A stretch of 64,000 nt of DNA, taken from positions 11,723-75,722 of the forward strand of contig CAWDOY010000019.1 in the NCBI GenBank assembly GCA_963803975.1, in the 5' to 3' direction. The notes under the pieces were generated by a model, which worked only from the letters and a program-made list of their open reading frames with translations, made no database searches and was not told where the DNA came from. Source of the stretch: an uncultured delta proteobacterium. GTDB taxonomy: Bacteria > Desulfobacterota > WTBG01 > CAIYCZ01. The position numbers were made by a program, and so were the translations under genes. Positions 42,287-52,613 of this stretch are shown in pieces. Positions within the stretch are counted from its first letter, which is position 1, and every line of letters begins with the position of its first letter.

Positions 42287-42663
42287 CCCATATGAACACC
42301 TCAGACTACCTCTGCGTCAAGAACTATGATGCAGGCGCCAGCGTTACTGAGTCATACTCCGAATTCGACCATCTGGAAAAGGAGACGGAGATCAATAGCA
42401 GGTCTTTTCATCCATCCGGCATTAAGGATGATAGCAGCAGAGGCAATGCTACTCTAGAGGCCAGGATTGCATCCTCTGTTATCGGCAAGGCCCATATCGC
42501 CTGGCAGTCCAAAGATGTAAAATCAGGTCCCTATGGCCGCCATGCGGTTTATGGACTGGTGCAGGAGGACTTGATCGGCGTCCTCAACATTGAGAGGTTC
42601 ATACATCTGAGCAGCAACGATTCCTATGGATTTTCAGGACCAGATTGGCTTCCCTGCAGCTAG
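42275..42663 (+). CDS. 3' fragment of an archaeal (Methanothrix-type) hypothetical protein
   Basis: Open frame begins at the junction with no RBS or promoter; KNYDAGASVTESY...DWLPC resembles secreted families I associate with Methanothrix. Confidence 0.5.
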
Positions 42664-42756
42664 TGAGAGATAAATACGCTTTAATCGTTCATCGACGTAG
42701 CATTCTTCCGAATTTGCCGCAAAGTATTCATATCCGATTCTGTGAAATAACCGACT

Positions 42757-45561
42757 GTGAGCGCCTTCGACCAGCTTCATCATCGGATCAGAGCAATACT
42801 GAAAGAGCAGGGCATAAACGAGCCGACGCTCCCTCAGGAGAAGGCGATACCAGCAATTCTAGCAGGAGAGAACGTTCTCCTCATCGCCCCCACAGGCACA
42901 GGGAAGACGGAAGCTGCAAGCTTGCCCATCTTTCACCAGATATTGTCCGGCGAAGGAAAGAGCATAAAAGGAATAAAAGCGATATACATCACACCCCTGC
43001 GTGCCCTGAACAGAGACATGCTTCGCCGCTTTCATGACTGGGGCGAAAACCTGGGGATCTCGGTGGCGGTTCGCCATGGCGACACCAGCCAGAGCGATAG
43101 AAGGAGGCAATCATTGAGTCCACCAGACCTCTTGATCACCACCCCCGAGACTCTGCAGGTCATGCTCACCGGAAAGAGGCTGCGCCTTAATCTCTCCACC
43201 GTCAGGACAGTAGTGGTGGATGAGGTTCATGAGATGGCCTCATCCAAACGCGGCTCTCAGCTCTCTGTTCTCCTGGAAAGGCTTGTTGAGATCGCCGGAG
43301 ATTTTCAGCGCATCGGCCTCTCTGCCACCGTTGGATCCCCGGAAGCCGTAGCCAGGCTGCTCGTCGGAACAAATAGAGGATACAGGATCGTCTGTGCGGA
43401 TGTGGAAAGGGCAAGCGACTATCAGGTGGTAAGCCCTCAGCCTAAAGGCGGGGACTATTCCCTGGCCAGCACATTGGAATGCGACCCCCGTTTGGCTGCT
43501 CAGATCCGCTGGATCCGAGATAAGGTGAAAGATAAGAAATGCCTTATCTTCGTCAACACCAGACAGGCGGCCGAGGTTCTGGGCTCAAGGTTCAGACAGC
43601 TTGGTGAGCCCATTGGAGTTCATCATGGCAGCCTGTCGAAGGAAGCCAGGGTGGAGGCAGAGGAGGCCTTTAAAGCGGGAGAGATGCAGGGACTTATCTG
43701 TACCTCCTCTATGGAACTGGGAATCGATATTGGCGATGTGGATCACGTCATCCAGTACAGCTCTCCCCGCGAGGTCTCCCGGCTGCTGCAGAGGGTTGGT
43801 CGCGCCGGACATCGGATAGGTCTCGTCTCATCCGGCAGCATAATCGCAACCTGTGCCGATGACGTGGCTGAGGCCTGCGCCATCGCCAGGAGAGCGGCAG
43901 ACTCGAAGCTGGAGGAGATCAAGATCCATGAGAAGCCGACGGATGTCCTGGCCAATCAGATAGTGGGACTGGAAATCGATTTTGGCGATATAAGCCTCCA
44001 GAGAGTCCATCAGATAGTCTCCAGAGCCTATCCTTTCCGGGACCTGACAGTGGAGGAGCTGGAGGGAGTAGTCTCTCAGATGGAGGAGCATAGACTGGTC
44101 AGGCGAGATGGAGGCATCCTGCAGAGGACTCGCAAGGCACGGGAGTACTATATCGAGAACCTCTCAATGATCCCGGATGAGAAGAGGTACAATGTCTATG
44201 ACATAGTGGGACGCAGATCGGTGGGAACCCTGGATGAGGCATTTGTGGTTGGCTTCGCCCAGCCCGGTGCCACATTCGTGACCAAAGGAGAGATCTGGGA
44301 GATAACCGAGATTGCTGAGGAGGAGATTAAGGTGGTTCCCATTCAGCGAAGCGGAGAGATCCCCAGCTGGACGGGAGAGGAGATTCCCGTCCCCTTTGAT
44401 GTGGCCCAGGAGGTGGGCCGGATCCGGAGGAAGATCAGCGAGATGCTCGGATCGGGCAAGGCTGCGGAAGATGCGGAAGAGTGGCTCCAGAGTTGCTATC
44501 CGGTGGACGATGAGGCGACAAGAGAGCTGGTCGATCTCATAATGAGACAGAGGGAGAAGAATCATCCTGTACCAAACGAATCTCTGGTGGTAGTGGAAGG
44601 CGGCGGGGAGGGAGCGATCATAAACTGCTGCTTCGGCCACAAGACGAATGATACTCTGGGCAGGGTTATCTCCTCCATCCTATCCGCCCGCTTTGGGAGC
44701 AGCGTGGCCTTGCAGATCGATCCCTACAGAATAGAGCTGACCCTTCCTAAAGCGTTGCTGGCGGAAGAGATCGAGAAGCTGATAGAGGATCTTGATCCGG
44801 ACTATGTGCAGCCCATCCTGGAGATGACACTGAAGAACACCTCCCTCCTTCGCTGGAAGATGATCCATGTGGCCCGCAAGTTCGGTGCCCTATCCAGGGA
44901 TGTTGACTATCAGAGGGTGAGCATGGCAAAGCTGCTGGCAGTATTCGAGGGCAGCCCCATGTATCGAGAGGCCTTGCGGGAGATCTATCACGACCGCCTG
45001 GATATCGAGCGGACCAGGATGGTTCTGGGGAGGATCAGGGATGGCTCGATGGCCATGACCACCAGCAGCCTCTCGCCTATTGGGACCAGCGGCCGGGGAG
45101 GCGGAAAGGATGTAACCTCTCCGGAGAATGCGGATGCTGCAGTGATCAAACTCCTCAAAAACAGAATTATGAACGACCGCGTACTGCTATTTTGCGTGAA
45201 CTGCAAGAAATGGAAGTCCATGCGTCAGGTCGAACGGGTGCCCGACCGACCTGAGTGCCCTCTGTGCGGTTCCAGGATGGTGGCTGCTCTCAAGCCCTGG
45301 GAGGAGGATGAGATCAAAGTGGTCCGAAAGCGGGATAAGAAGACCTCTGAGGAGAAGCGCAGGACCAAGAGGGTCTTTCGCAATGCAAACCTGGTCTTAA
45401 GCTATGGCAAGACCGCAGCCATTGCCCTTGCCAGCCGGGGTCTGGGACCTGAGACCGCAGCGAGGGTGATAGGCAAGCTTCAGAAGGACGAGATCGAGTT
45501 TTACAGGGACATCCTTAAAGCGGAAAAGGAGTATGCTCGGACAAAGAGATTCTGGGGTTGA
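42757..45561 (+). CDS. lhr: Archaeal Lhr-like DEAD/DEAH-box helicase
   Basis: APTGTGKT, YITPLRALNRD, RHGDT, DEVH, GLSATV, HHGSLS, QRVGRAGH, SMIPD, C-terminal CxxC...CxxC. Confidence 0.92.
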   Translation: MSAFDQLHHRIRAILKEQGINEPTLPQEKAIPAILAGENVLLIAPTGTGKTEAASLPIFHQILSGEGKSIKGIKAIYITPLRALNRDMLRRFHDWGENLGISVAVRHGDTSQSDRRRQSLSPPDLLITTPETLQVMLTGKRLRLNLSTVRTVVVDEVHEMASSKRGSQLSVLLERLVEIAGDFQRIGLSATVGSPEAVARLLVGTNRGYRIVCADVERASDYQVVSPQPKGGDYSLASTLECDPRLAAQIRWIRDKVKDKKCLIFVNTRQAAEVLGSRFRQLGEPIGVHHGSLSKEARVEAEEAFKAGEMQGLICTSSMELGIDIGDVDHVIQYSSPREVSRLLQRVGRAGHRIGLVSSGSIIATCADDVAEACAIARRAADSKLEEIKIHEKPTDVLANQIVGLEIDFGDISLQRVHQIVSRAYPFRDLTVEELEGVVSQMEEHRLVRRDGGILQRTRKAREYYIENLSMIPDEKRYNVYDIVGRRSVGTLDEAFVVGFAQPGATFVTKGEIWEITEIAEEEIKVVPIQRSGEIPSWTGEEIPVPFDVAQEVGRIRRKISEMLGSGKAAEDAEEWLQSCYPVDDEATRELVDLIMRQREKNHPVPNESLVVVEGGGEGAIINCCFGHKTNDTLGRVISSILSARFGSSVALQIDPYRIELTLPKALLAEEIEKLIEDLDPDYVQPILEMTLKNTSLLRWKMIHVARKFGALSRDVDYQRVSMAKLLAVFEGSPMYREALREIYHDRLDIERTRMVLGRIRDGSMAMTTSSLSPIGTSGRGGGKDVTSPENADAAVIKLLKNRIMNDRVLLFCVNCKKWKSMRQVERVPDRPECPLCGSRMVAALKPWEEDEIKVVRKRDKKTSEEKRRTKRVFRNANLVLSYGKTAAIALASRGLGPETAARVIGKLQKDEIEFYRDILKAEKEYARTKRFWG

Positions 45562-45637
45562 TGCGATCCTTCAGAAATTCCACAAGGCCTTATGAAAAGG
45601 ATGGGGAATGCAATGGACTATGCGGGCCCACTCTCAC

Positions 45638-46159
45638 TTATGGCAAGCTTTCCTCTTTTTGCGCGTTTAGATAGCCTTCGATGCGATCGAATCTCTGATC
45701 CAGATGGCTCTTCATGTCAGACCTCAATTTTTGTATTTCTCCAATAGTGGAGTCCTGCTTGTCGAGCATTTGGTCTTGCTTGTCGAGCATCTGGTCTTGC
45801 TTGTCGAGCATCTGGTCTTGCTTGTAGAGCATCTGGTCCGTCTTTCCATTCAACTCGGCAAAGCCATTGCTTGTTATCGAAAGAAGCTTTTCCGTGTTTG
45901 ATGCGATTACTCTGACCCCTACGACAAGCTCTTTCAGAATCTCTATACCATCATCGAGACGTTCACCCACCTCATCCGGCCCAGTCATTTTTCGGAAGGT
46001 TGGATAAGCACCCGAAGCTTCTGAGAACTCAGATTCAATTTCATGCACATCTATGAGGAGATCCTTTATCTTTATAGCTGATGCGAGCTTCTCCAGGTTT
46101 TCCTTACCGCCCTCGGCAATCAGCAGGACGTGACCATCCGTACGGAGTTTTAAAAGGAA
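45638..46159 (-). pseudogene. 5'-truncated acylphosphatase with coiled-coil tail
   Basis: The frame extends upstream of the ORF call as ...DGHVLLIAEGGKENLEKLASAIKIKDLLIDVHEI and is then closed by TGA at ~46160. The catalytic GxVQGVGxR segment is absent. Confidence 0.7.
45752..45838. repeat. 21-bp coding tandem repeat x4 (DKQDQML)
   Basis: Unit GTCTTGCTTGTCGAGCATCTG is repeated with 1-2 mismatches. Confidence 0.9.
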
Positions 46160-46233
46160 TCATTCGATCACATGGATTCTTATACCAGGAATGATCTGCC
46201 AATTTCCGGCCTCATCCTGAACTTGAGGATGAT

Positions 46234-46488
46234 CTATCGCCCATGAGAACGATGCAAAAGCTCAATCTTCGGCTTCCCTCCCAGAGAATTCTTGCAGCCG
46301 AGACATTCGAACTTTTTCTCCAGCTCTTCTGAGACCCAAGAAGGTACATTGGATTTGTGAATCTCGGCCATGATGATATGCTTCATCATAATGCAATCTC
46401 TCTGATCTTCAGCACCGCAGGTATGCGCAAAGAATTCGCTTTGGCCATTCTTCGAATCGGATTTCCCTTTTTCTGCAAATTCAATCAT
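46234..46488 (-). CDS. Small Cys-containing hypothetical protein
   Basis: 84-aa ORF with a plausible RBS (GGAGTAGAAGGA) and a CxxC motif. Confidence 0.5.
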   Translation of the reverse strand: MIEFAEKGKSDSKNGQSEFFAHTCGAEDQRDCIMMKHIIMAEIHKSNVPSWVSEELEKKFECLGCKNSLGGKPKIELLHRSHGR

Positions 46489-46747
46489 GTCCTTCTACTC
46501 CTGCAGCCATATTTCGGAACCGGAGATTTGTTTGCCCTTGAAGCCGCAGCCTCACGATCCATATCAGGTAACATGCCGGTTCTGCATATGCCATCATAAT
46601 ATACACCAGTTGAATCACAGGCGCATTGAGATGATTTATATAACTATTAAGAATTATAGACTATATAACTCTTCCCTCCAGCGATATGTATTTAAAATAT
46701 TGAAAAAAATGAAGAAAATGTAGTAGGGCGATCTAGATCTTATACTT

Positions 46748-48085
46748 TCAGCTCTTTCCCTTTGTCCTCTCATCCTTGGCATAGACGTCCCGCAGATCCA
46801 CGACCTTCTTTGACTTTCCAGCCGTTCTTGGAATCGACCCTTTCTCCACCAGTTCTATCCTGCTCCGCACATTCAAGACCGATTTCAGCTTATCCTCAGT
46901 GATCTTCCGGATCCGGGCTAAGTCAGCCAGCTCGCCAGTAAATGCCTCGTCCTTCAGCTCAACCTGAATGCTGATCTCATCCAGACCGTGCTTCTTTCTG
47001 TCCACGACTACCTGGAAGTAGTTTCCAATCTCTGGAATGCTCACTAAGACATCCTCGATCTGGCTGGGGAAGACGTTGATGCCCCGCACAATGAGCATAT
47101 CATCGGCTCTGCCCAGGAATCTATGCAGCTTTCTGCTGGTGCGGCCGCAGGAGCACTTTTCTTCCATAATGTAAGTCACGTCGCCTGTGTGGTATCTTAT
47201 CAGAGGCATAGCCTCCTTGGTCAGAGAGGTAACCACCAGCTCGCCGGGCTCACCAGGCGCACATGGCTGCTCGTTATTATCCAGGATCTCAATCAAGAAA
47301 TGGTCTTCCCAGATATGCAGACCGTTCTGCTCCTGACACTCGAAAGCTACGCCCGGACCCATCATCTCAGAGAGACCGTAAGAGTCGTAGGCTTTGATGT
47401 TCAGGGCCTCCTCCAGTTCTTTGCGTGCCTCGTCCGACCAGGGTTCAGCTCCGAAGCATCCGATCCTCAGCTTGAGCTTATCCACCACTCCATTGGCCTT
47501 GGCGGTCTCTGCCAGGTAGAGGGCATAAGAGGGCGTGCAGTGCAGGACGGTCACCCCGAAGTCCATCATGATCTCCAGCTGGCGACTAGTATTTCCCACA
47601 CCGGAGGGAACGGCCATGGCACCCATCCGCTCGATGCCATAGTGAACCCCAAGCCCGCCAGTGAAGAATCCGTAATTCACCGCATTCTGGAATATGTCTC
47701 CCTTTCTTACCCCGGCCATCACAAAGTCTCTGGCCATGAGGTCTGACCAGGTCTCAATGTCTCTGGCGGTGTAGCCGACCACAGTGGGCTTTCCCGTTGT
47801 TCCGGAGGAGGCATGAACCCGCACAACCTCATCCAGAGGAACAGCGAAAAGGCCAAAGGGGTAGTTCTCCCTGAGGTTTTGCTTGCGAGTGGTTGGAAGC
47901 TTTGACAGGTCATTGAGGCTTTTTATATCATCTGGAGAAACTCCTGCCTCCTTGAATTTGTTACGATAAAAGGGAACGCTATTGTAGACCTTCTCTGCGA
48001 TGCTCTTGAGCCGCCTGAGCTGCAGCTCTTCCAGCTCCTTTCTTTCCATTAGCTCCAATTTCGGTTGCCAGTAATTCATTTTCAT
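46748..48085 (-). CDS. paaK: Phenylacetate-CoA ligase family protein
   Basis: RENYPFG, HASSGTTGKP, YGFFTGGLG.HYG, CTPSYA, YGLSEMMGPG, PLIRYHTGD, GRADDMLIVRGINVFPSQIE. Confidence 0.93.
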   Translation of the reverse strand: MKMNYWQPKLELMERKELEELQLRRLKSIAEKVYNSVPFYRNKFKEAGVSPDDIKSLNDLSKLPTTRKQNLRENYPFGLFAVPLDEVVRVHASSGTTGKPTVVGYTARDIETWSDLMARDFVMAGVRKGDIFQNAVNYGFFTGGLGVHYGIERMGAMAVPSGVGNTSRQLEIMMDFGVTVLHCTPSYALYLAETAKANGVVDKLKLRIGCFGAEPWSDEARKELEEALNIKAYDSYGLSEMMGPGVAFECQEQNGLHIWEDHFLIEILDNNEQPCAPGEPGELVVTSLTKEAMPLIRYHTGDVTYIMEEKCSCGRTSRKLHRFLGRADDMLIVRGINVFPSQIEDVLVSIPEIGNYFQVVVDRKKHGLDEISIQVELKDEAFTGELADLARIRKITEDKLKSVLNVRSRIELVEKGSIPRTAGKSKKVVDLRDVYAKDERTKGKS

Positions 48086-48536
48086 ACCCTGATGAATTTG
48101 ATTTTGCTCGTATGATGCTGCTAATGCTACACTGTGCCATGAGAGAAAACGTCAGGGTATATCAATTCTTCCGCTGCGGGAGTTAATAGGATAAATAGTT
48201 TAGTACGGAACTATAATAAGGACCTTTGAACCGGTTCGATGTGTACATTTTTGTGTCAGGGCTTTACGTAATCGTCTATTTAAATATTGGATCGATGAAC
48301 GTAATCCGGAATAATATGCAGCATATATAGCGTATCAGGCAGATAGTCACTTATTTGCATAATTATTCAATGCAGAATGCATTGTTGATGATACCTGCGA
48401 GCGGAAAGAGCCGAATTGAATTCCCCAATTAGCTGAAATGGAGCTTGATGGAGCCCGATCACTGTGACCGTAATGCCCCAATGGTATAGAAGCCTGTTTC
48501 AGTAGATCACACTAAAAGATCGCACGGAGAGATACT

Positions 48537-48788
48537 ATGAAAAGAAGCAGAGAAGAGATCTTCTCCCAAATCCTCAAGATATGCCTGGATGGAGCAAATA
48601 AAACCAAAATAGTGTATCAAGCGAATTTGAACTTTAGAACTGCAAATTCGTATCTTGATATTCTAATAAAAAATCAGCATCTAATTGAAACCATCCAAGG
48701 AGAACAAATATTATATAAAACTACGACAAAGGGCGAAAATCTCCTGGAATGCATCAATAAGATCAATGATACGTTATTCCAGAAGTGA
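48537..48788 (+). CDS. Archaeal winged-helix regulator (COG3432/ArnR1-like)
   Basis: MKRSR.EI...IL..C..GA.KTKIVYQANLNF.....YL..L...Y.TT.KG. Confidence 0.88.
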   Translation: MKRSREEIFSQILKICLDGANKTKIVYQANLNFRTANSYLDILIKNQHLIETIQGEQILYKTTTKGENLLECINKINDTLFQK

Positions 48789-49082
48789 GGACTTGCCTTG
48801 CCCCCTTAATTTGTCCACCTGCTCAAATACCGCAACGTACTAACGCTGATTGAATAAGGTGCGAATTGAGCAGATGAAATCGATTAATGCAACGAGAGCT
48901 AAATTCTTTGTCATTAAAGCTGAACTCATTATATATTCAACAATTTGTTAATAACATGAACAAAAGCTAAGGATAGATGATAAGAATTTTAATAGCAGCT
49001 AATTCAGTACAGTATTTTTTTCTGAATGGACATAATCGTCTATAATACGGTAAAGAGATTAGGACTGGAATGGAGGAAGACG

Positions 49083-49361
49083 ATGAAAAGAAATAGAAAT
49101 GAGATCATCTCCGAGATTCTTAGAATTTGCATAAAAGGAGCGCGCAAGACCAAAGTGGTATATCAGGCAAACCTCAACTTCAGAACGGCTGATCCCTATT
49201 TGCAGCTTCTCATTAAGAACGATCTCATAGTTTCCAGTCAAGGACCACATGTGGTCTATCAGACGACGGAGAAGGGAATGAGCCTGATGAAAACGATAGA
49301 TCAGGTCCATAGCACTCTGGCCGAATATCAAGATTCGCTTCTCACTCCGACATCGGCGTGA
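49083..49361 (+). CDS. Archaeal winged-helix regulator (COG3432/ArnR1-like), paralogue
   Basis: MKRNRNEIISEILRICIKGARKTKVVYQANLNFRT; RBS GGAGG before ATG 49083. Confidence 0.88.
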   Translation: MKRNRNEIISEILRICIKGARKTKVVYQANLNFRTADPYLQLLIKNDLIVSSQGPHVVYQTTEKGMSLMKTIDQVHSTLAEYQDSLLTPTSA

Positions 49362-49400
49362 ACTACCGCGTCCTGAGGAGCGCGGCTTCCCACTTCGTAC
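49358..49400. mobile_element. Solo IS200/IS605-type end (hairpin remnant)
   Basis: GTGAACTACCGCGTCCTGAGGAGCGCGGCTTCCCACTTC follows the GT.AACTACC-stem-loop-GGCTTC pattern I recognise from IS200/IS605 ends; no transposase is adjacent. Confidence 0.55.
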
Positions 49401-49528
49401 TTCGTGATCCAACAATTTAAAATCTCATTTTGGGATAGCAATCATACGGCAATCATCAAATTGGTACTGCCATCTTTGCAGTATGGCCTATCCCAATGCT
49501 TTTATCCTTTTTCTTCCCATCCCTCACT

Positions 49529-50428
49529 ATGCCATCCCTTTCTGTCCATGCTGGCGGCCTCGACCTGAAAAATCCGGTCCTTCTCGCCGCTGGCATCCTG
49601 GGCACTACTGGCGCATCCCTCTGCCGCGCATCACGGGCGGGCGCAGGAGGGGTCGTCACCAAGTCCATTGGCTCTGTGCCAAGAGCGGGCCATCCCGGTC
49701 CCTGCATTGTTCATGTGGATTGCGGTCTTATCAATGCCATGGGCCTTCCCAATCCCTCTTACAAGGATTTTCAGGCCGAGATCGATGCTGCCCGAAAAGG
49801 AGGGGTGCCCGTCATCGCCAGCATCTTCGCATCCAGCGCAGAGGAGTTTGCTCAGATCTCTCGCAACCTGGATGCTGATGCTTTGGAGCTCAATTTATCC
49901 TGCCCTCATGCGGAGAAATACGGCAGCGAGCTGGGACGTTATCCCGATCTGGTGGAATCGGTGACAGGGGCAGTGAAGGCAGCCTCAAGCGTTCCCGTCT
50001 GGGTGAAGCTAACCCCCAACACCGCCGACATCCTGGAGCTGGGGCTTGCCGCCCAGAGAGGAGGAGCTGATGCCGTGGTAGCCATCAACACTCTGAAGGC
50101 CATGGCCATAGATATTGAGACCGGCTATCCCATTCTGGGCAACCGCTTCGGAGGTCTATCCGGACGGGCCATAAAGCCGGTGGCCGTTCGCGCGGTGTAC
50201 GATCTTGCCTCCCGTCTGGAGATCCCGGTGATCGGGGTGGGCGGAATATCCTCCTGGGAGGATGCGGTGGAGATGATCATGGCAGGAGCCTCCGCTATTC
50301 AGGTGGGGACCGCCCTTTTGCAGGGCTATGGCATATTCGAGGAGATCACATCCGGCCTGTCTGCATACCTGGAGAGGAAATCAATAACTCTTGAAGAGCT
50401 GTGCGGCATGGCTGAGAGGCGCTCATGA
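49529..50428 (+). CDS. pyrD: Dihydroorotate dehydrogenase 1B catalytic subunit
   Basis: LKNPVLLAAG, VVTKS, NAMGLPNP, ELNLSCPH, VKLTPN, AINT, GGLSG.AIKP, IGVGGI, AGASAIQVGT. Confidence 0.96.
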   Translation: MPSLSVHAGGLDLKNPVLLAAGILGTTGASLCRASRAGAGGVVTKSIGSVPRAGHPGPCIVHVDCGLINAMGLPNPSYKDFQAEIDAARKGGVPVIASIFASSAEEFAQISRNLDADALELNLSCPHAEKYGSELGRYPDLVESVTGAVKAASSVPVWVKLTPNTADILELGLAAQRGGADAVVAINTLKAMAIDIETGYPILGNRFGGLSGRAIKPVAVRAVYDLASRLEIPVIGVGGISSWEDAVEMIMAGASAIQVGTALLQGYGIFEEITSGLSAYLERKSITLEELCGMAERRS

Positions 50429-51195
50429 GACCTATCGATACCATCATACTGGAAGTCAAATCCGAAACCCCTCTGATCAAGACCCTCCGACTGGACAGGA
50501 ACCTGGATCCTCATCCCGGGCAGTATGCCATGGTCTGGATACGCGGACTGGATGAGGTTCCCATGAGCTTCTCTGGACCTGATACCATCACCGTGCAGTC
50601 GGTGGGTGAGGCCTCCGAGGCCCTCAATTCCCTGGGCGAGGGAAGGAACATTGGGCTGCGTGGACCTCTTGGCAAGGGTTTTACTCTTCTGGGAGAAAGG
50701 ATTCTGATCATCGGAGGCGGGGTTGGAACTGCGCCTTTGGCCTTCCTGGGCGAGCAGGCCATGAATGCGGGCATGGAGGTCACATCGCTGATCGGCTATC
50801 GCTGCTGCAGCGATATGATACTCCTGGAGAGGTTCCAGAGGCTGGGCAAAACGATCGTCACAACTGACGATGGCTCAAGCGGGATCTGCGGCCGGGTGGC
50901 AGCGGGCCTTGAGACTCTGGACCTTGATCATTACGACCAGATCTATCTATGCGGCCCGGAGCTGATGATGTGGGATGTAATCTCCCGGACACGAGAGCAT
51001 GCCAAAAAGACTCAGGCCTGCATCAATCGCTACTTCAAATGCGCTGAGGGCATATGCGGATCGTGCTGCCTGGATCCGGATGGTCTTAGAGTTTGCGTGG
51101 AAGGGCCGGTGATCAGGGCTGATCGCCTTATAGAGAGCGAGTTTGGCCGGTACCGGCGCGGGCCGACAGGTGTCAAGGGGCCCTGCAGAGAATGA
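50425..51195 (+). CDS. pyrK: Dihydroorotate dehydrogenase electron transfer subunit
   Basis: PGQYAMVW, RGPLG.GF, GGGVG.AP, TDDGS.G, CGPE.MM, CAEGICGSC...CVEGPV. Confidence 0.94.
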   Translation: MRPIDTIILEVKSETPLIKTLRLDRNLDPHPGQYAMVWIRGLDEVPMSFSGPDTITVQSVGEASEALNSLGEGRNIGLRGPLGKGFTLLGERILIIGGGVGTAPLAFLGEQAMNAGMEVTSLIGYRCCSDMILLERFQRLGKTIVTTDDGSSGICGRVAAGLETLDLDHYDQIYLCGPELMMWDVISRTREHAKKTQACINRYFKCAEGICGSCCLDPDGLRVCVEGPVIRADRLIESEFGRYRRGPTGVKGPCRE

Positions 51196-51242
51196 AAATC
51201 ATAGGGGTAAAGAAGGGCGATGAAGAACGGGGATGAAAGAGG

Positions 51243-51977
51243 ATGATTGTCAGATTCAAGAAGGACGGCCTTGTCAGGGGCGGCTCGTACAGCATTGAGC
51301 ATGGAATAGTATCGGGAGGAGAGGTAATTCCCCTGGAGGATGTAGAGCTGCTCACGCCCTGCCAGCCATCGAAGATAATCTGCGTGGGCCTGAACTATGT
51401 GGAGCATGCCCGGGAATTGAAGATGAAGCTGCCCGAGGAGCCCATCATCTTTCTCAAGCCCCCTACTGCCGCCCTGAGCCCTGGGGGCGAGATCGTATAT
51501 CCTCTCTCCAGCCGGCAGGTGGACTATGAAGGGGAGCTAGCGGTGGTGATAGGAAAGAGGGGCAGGAATATCCCGGCAGATGAAGCAGAAGGTCATATCC
51601 TGGGATACACCTGCTTTAACGATGTTACTGCTCGCGATCTGCAGCAAAGAGATACTCAATGGACCCGGGCCAAGAGCTTTGATACCTTTGCTCCCTTCGG
51701 CCCCTGGATTGCATCGATCGATCCCTCTGGCGTTGATATCGAGACTCGGGTGAACGGCGAGACTGTGCAAAAGTCCAATACATCGGACCTGATATTCGGC
51801 GTTCCCAGGCTCATCGAGTTCATAAGCAGCATCATGACTCTGCAGCCGGGAGATGTGATAGCCACTGGAACGCCGCCGGGAGTGGGACAGCTGCATCGGG
51901 GCGATCTGGTGGAGGTGGAGATCGAGGGGATAGGCGTTCTCAAGAACTCTGTGGTGGCTTCCGACAGGAGTTCATAA
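51243..51977 (+). CDS. Fumarylacetoacetate hydrolase family protein
   Basis: [54 protein letters not shown]. Confidence 0.95.
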   Translation: MIVRFKKDGLVRGGSYSIEHGIVSGGEVIPLEDVELLTPCQPSKIICVGLNYVEHARELKMKLPEEPIIFLKPPTAALSPGGEIVYPLSSRQVDYEGELAVVIGKRGRNIPADEAEGHILGYTCFNDVTARDLQQRDTQWTRAKSFDTFAPFGPWIASIDPSGVDIETRVNGETVQKSNTSDLIFGVPRLIEFISSIMTLQPGDVIATGTPPGVGQLHRGDLVEVEIEGIGVLKNSVVASDRSS

Positions 51978-51996
51978 TCCTTCCCGGCGCAAACGC

Positions 51997-52456
51997 TCAT
52001 GCAATCGAGTCAAAGACCGCCAGCCAGTCGAAGTCGGTGAAGCTCTCCGGCCCCAGGGGAAAGTAGGTGGGATTCTTTGCGCTTCCGGATCGACGCGGAA
52101 GAGAGGCGATCTCATCTGCAGGAAGCCCCTGGCCTTTGCCGGTGGGGATGAATCGCGCCGGACCAGGAGCAGCAGTCAGCCGCGCCTCCAGGGTGCGCTC
52201 CTCGGGCTTGCCTATGCCATTGGCATCTGATATGCCCACTGCGGTTCCTATAACCGCATAGCCCGATCCCATGATCTGATCCAGATGAGAGCCTGCCAGC
52301 CACCAGCTCGGGGCGGCGAACGAGCAGCTCCTCATAGAGATCCTCCGCTTCCGCTCGCAGCGCGATCGCATTGGGAGAGCTGCTCTCAGTGGCTATGTCC
52401 ACAAAGCCGTCTTTGCGGGATGAGCTATTCATTTCCAGTAACCTCCGGCATCTCAA
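51997..52456 (-). CDS. Hypothetical protein (probable frameshift at ~52285)
   Basis: Two overlapping minus-strand ORFs (52112-52456 and 51997-52371) that read plausibly when joined; no recognised motif. Confidence 0.35.
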
Positions 52457-52613
52457 AAATGCACATTGATGTCATAAAAAGGATTTCAGTGGGAAAGGTA
52501 ATCTATATACCACTATTTTTTGAATAATTAGATAAACCGTATCATGCAATATGCATATTCTATTTTGATTAAAATTATATATTCAGATGGTGATCCTCAA
52601 AGGAGGTAAAGAA

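Noticed and set aside
45752..45838. Possible CRISPR-like repeat
   Set aside because: The 21-bp units are contiguous with no spacers and encode an in-frame heptad. No cas genes or spaced arrays were seen in the window.
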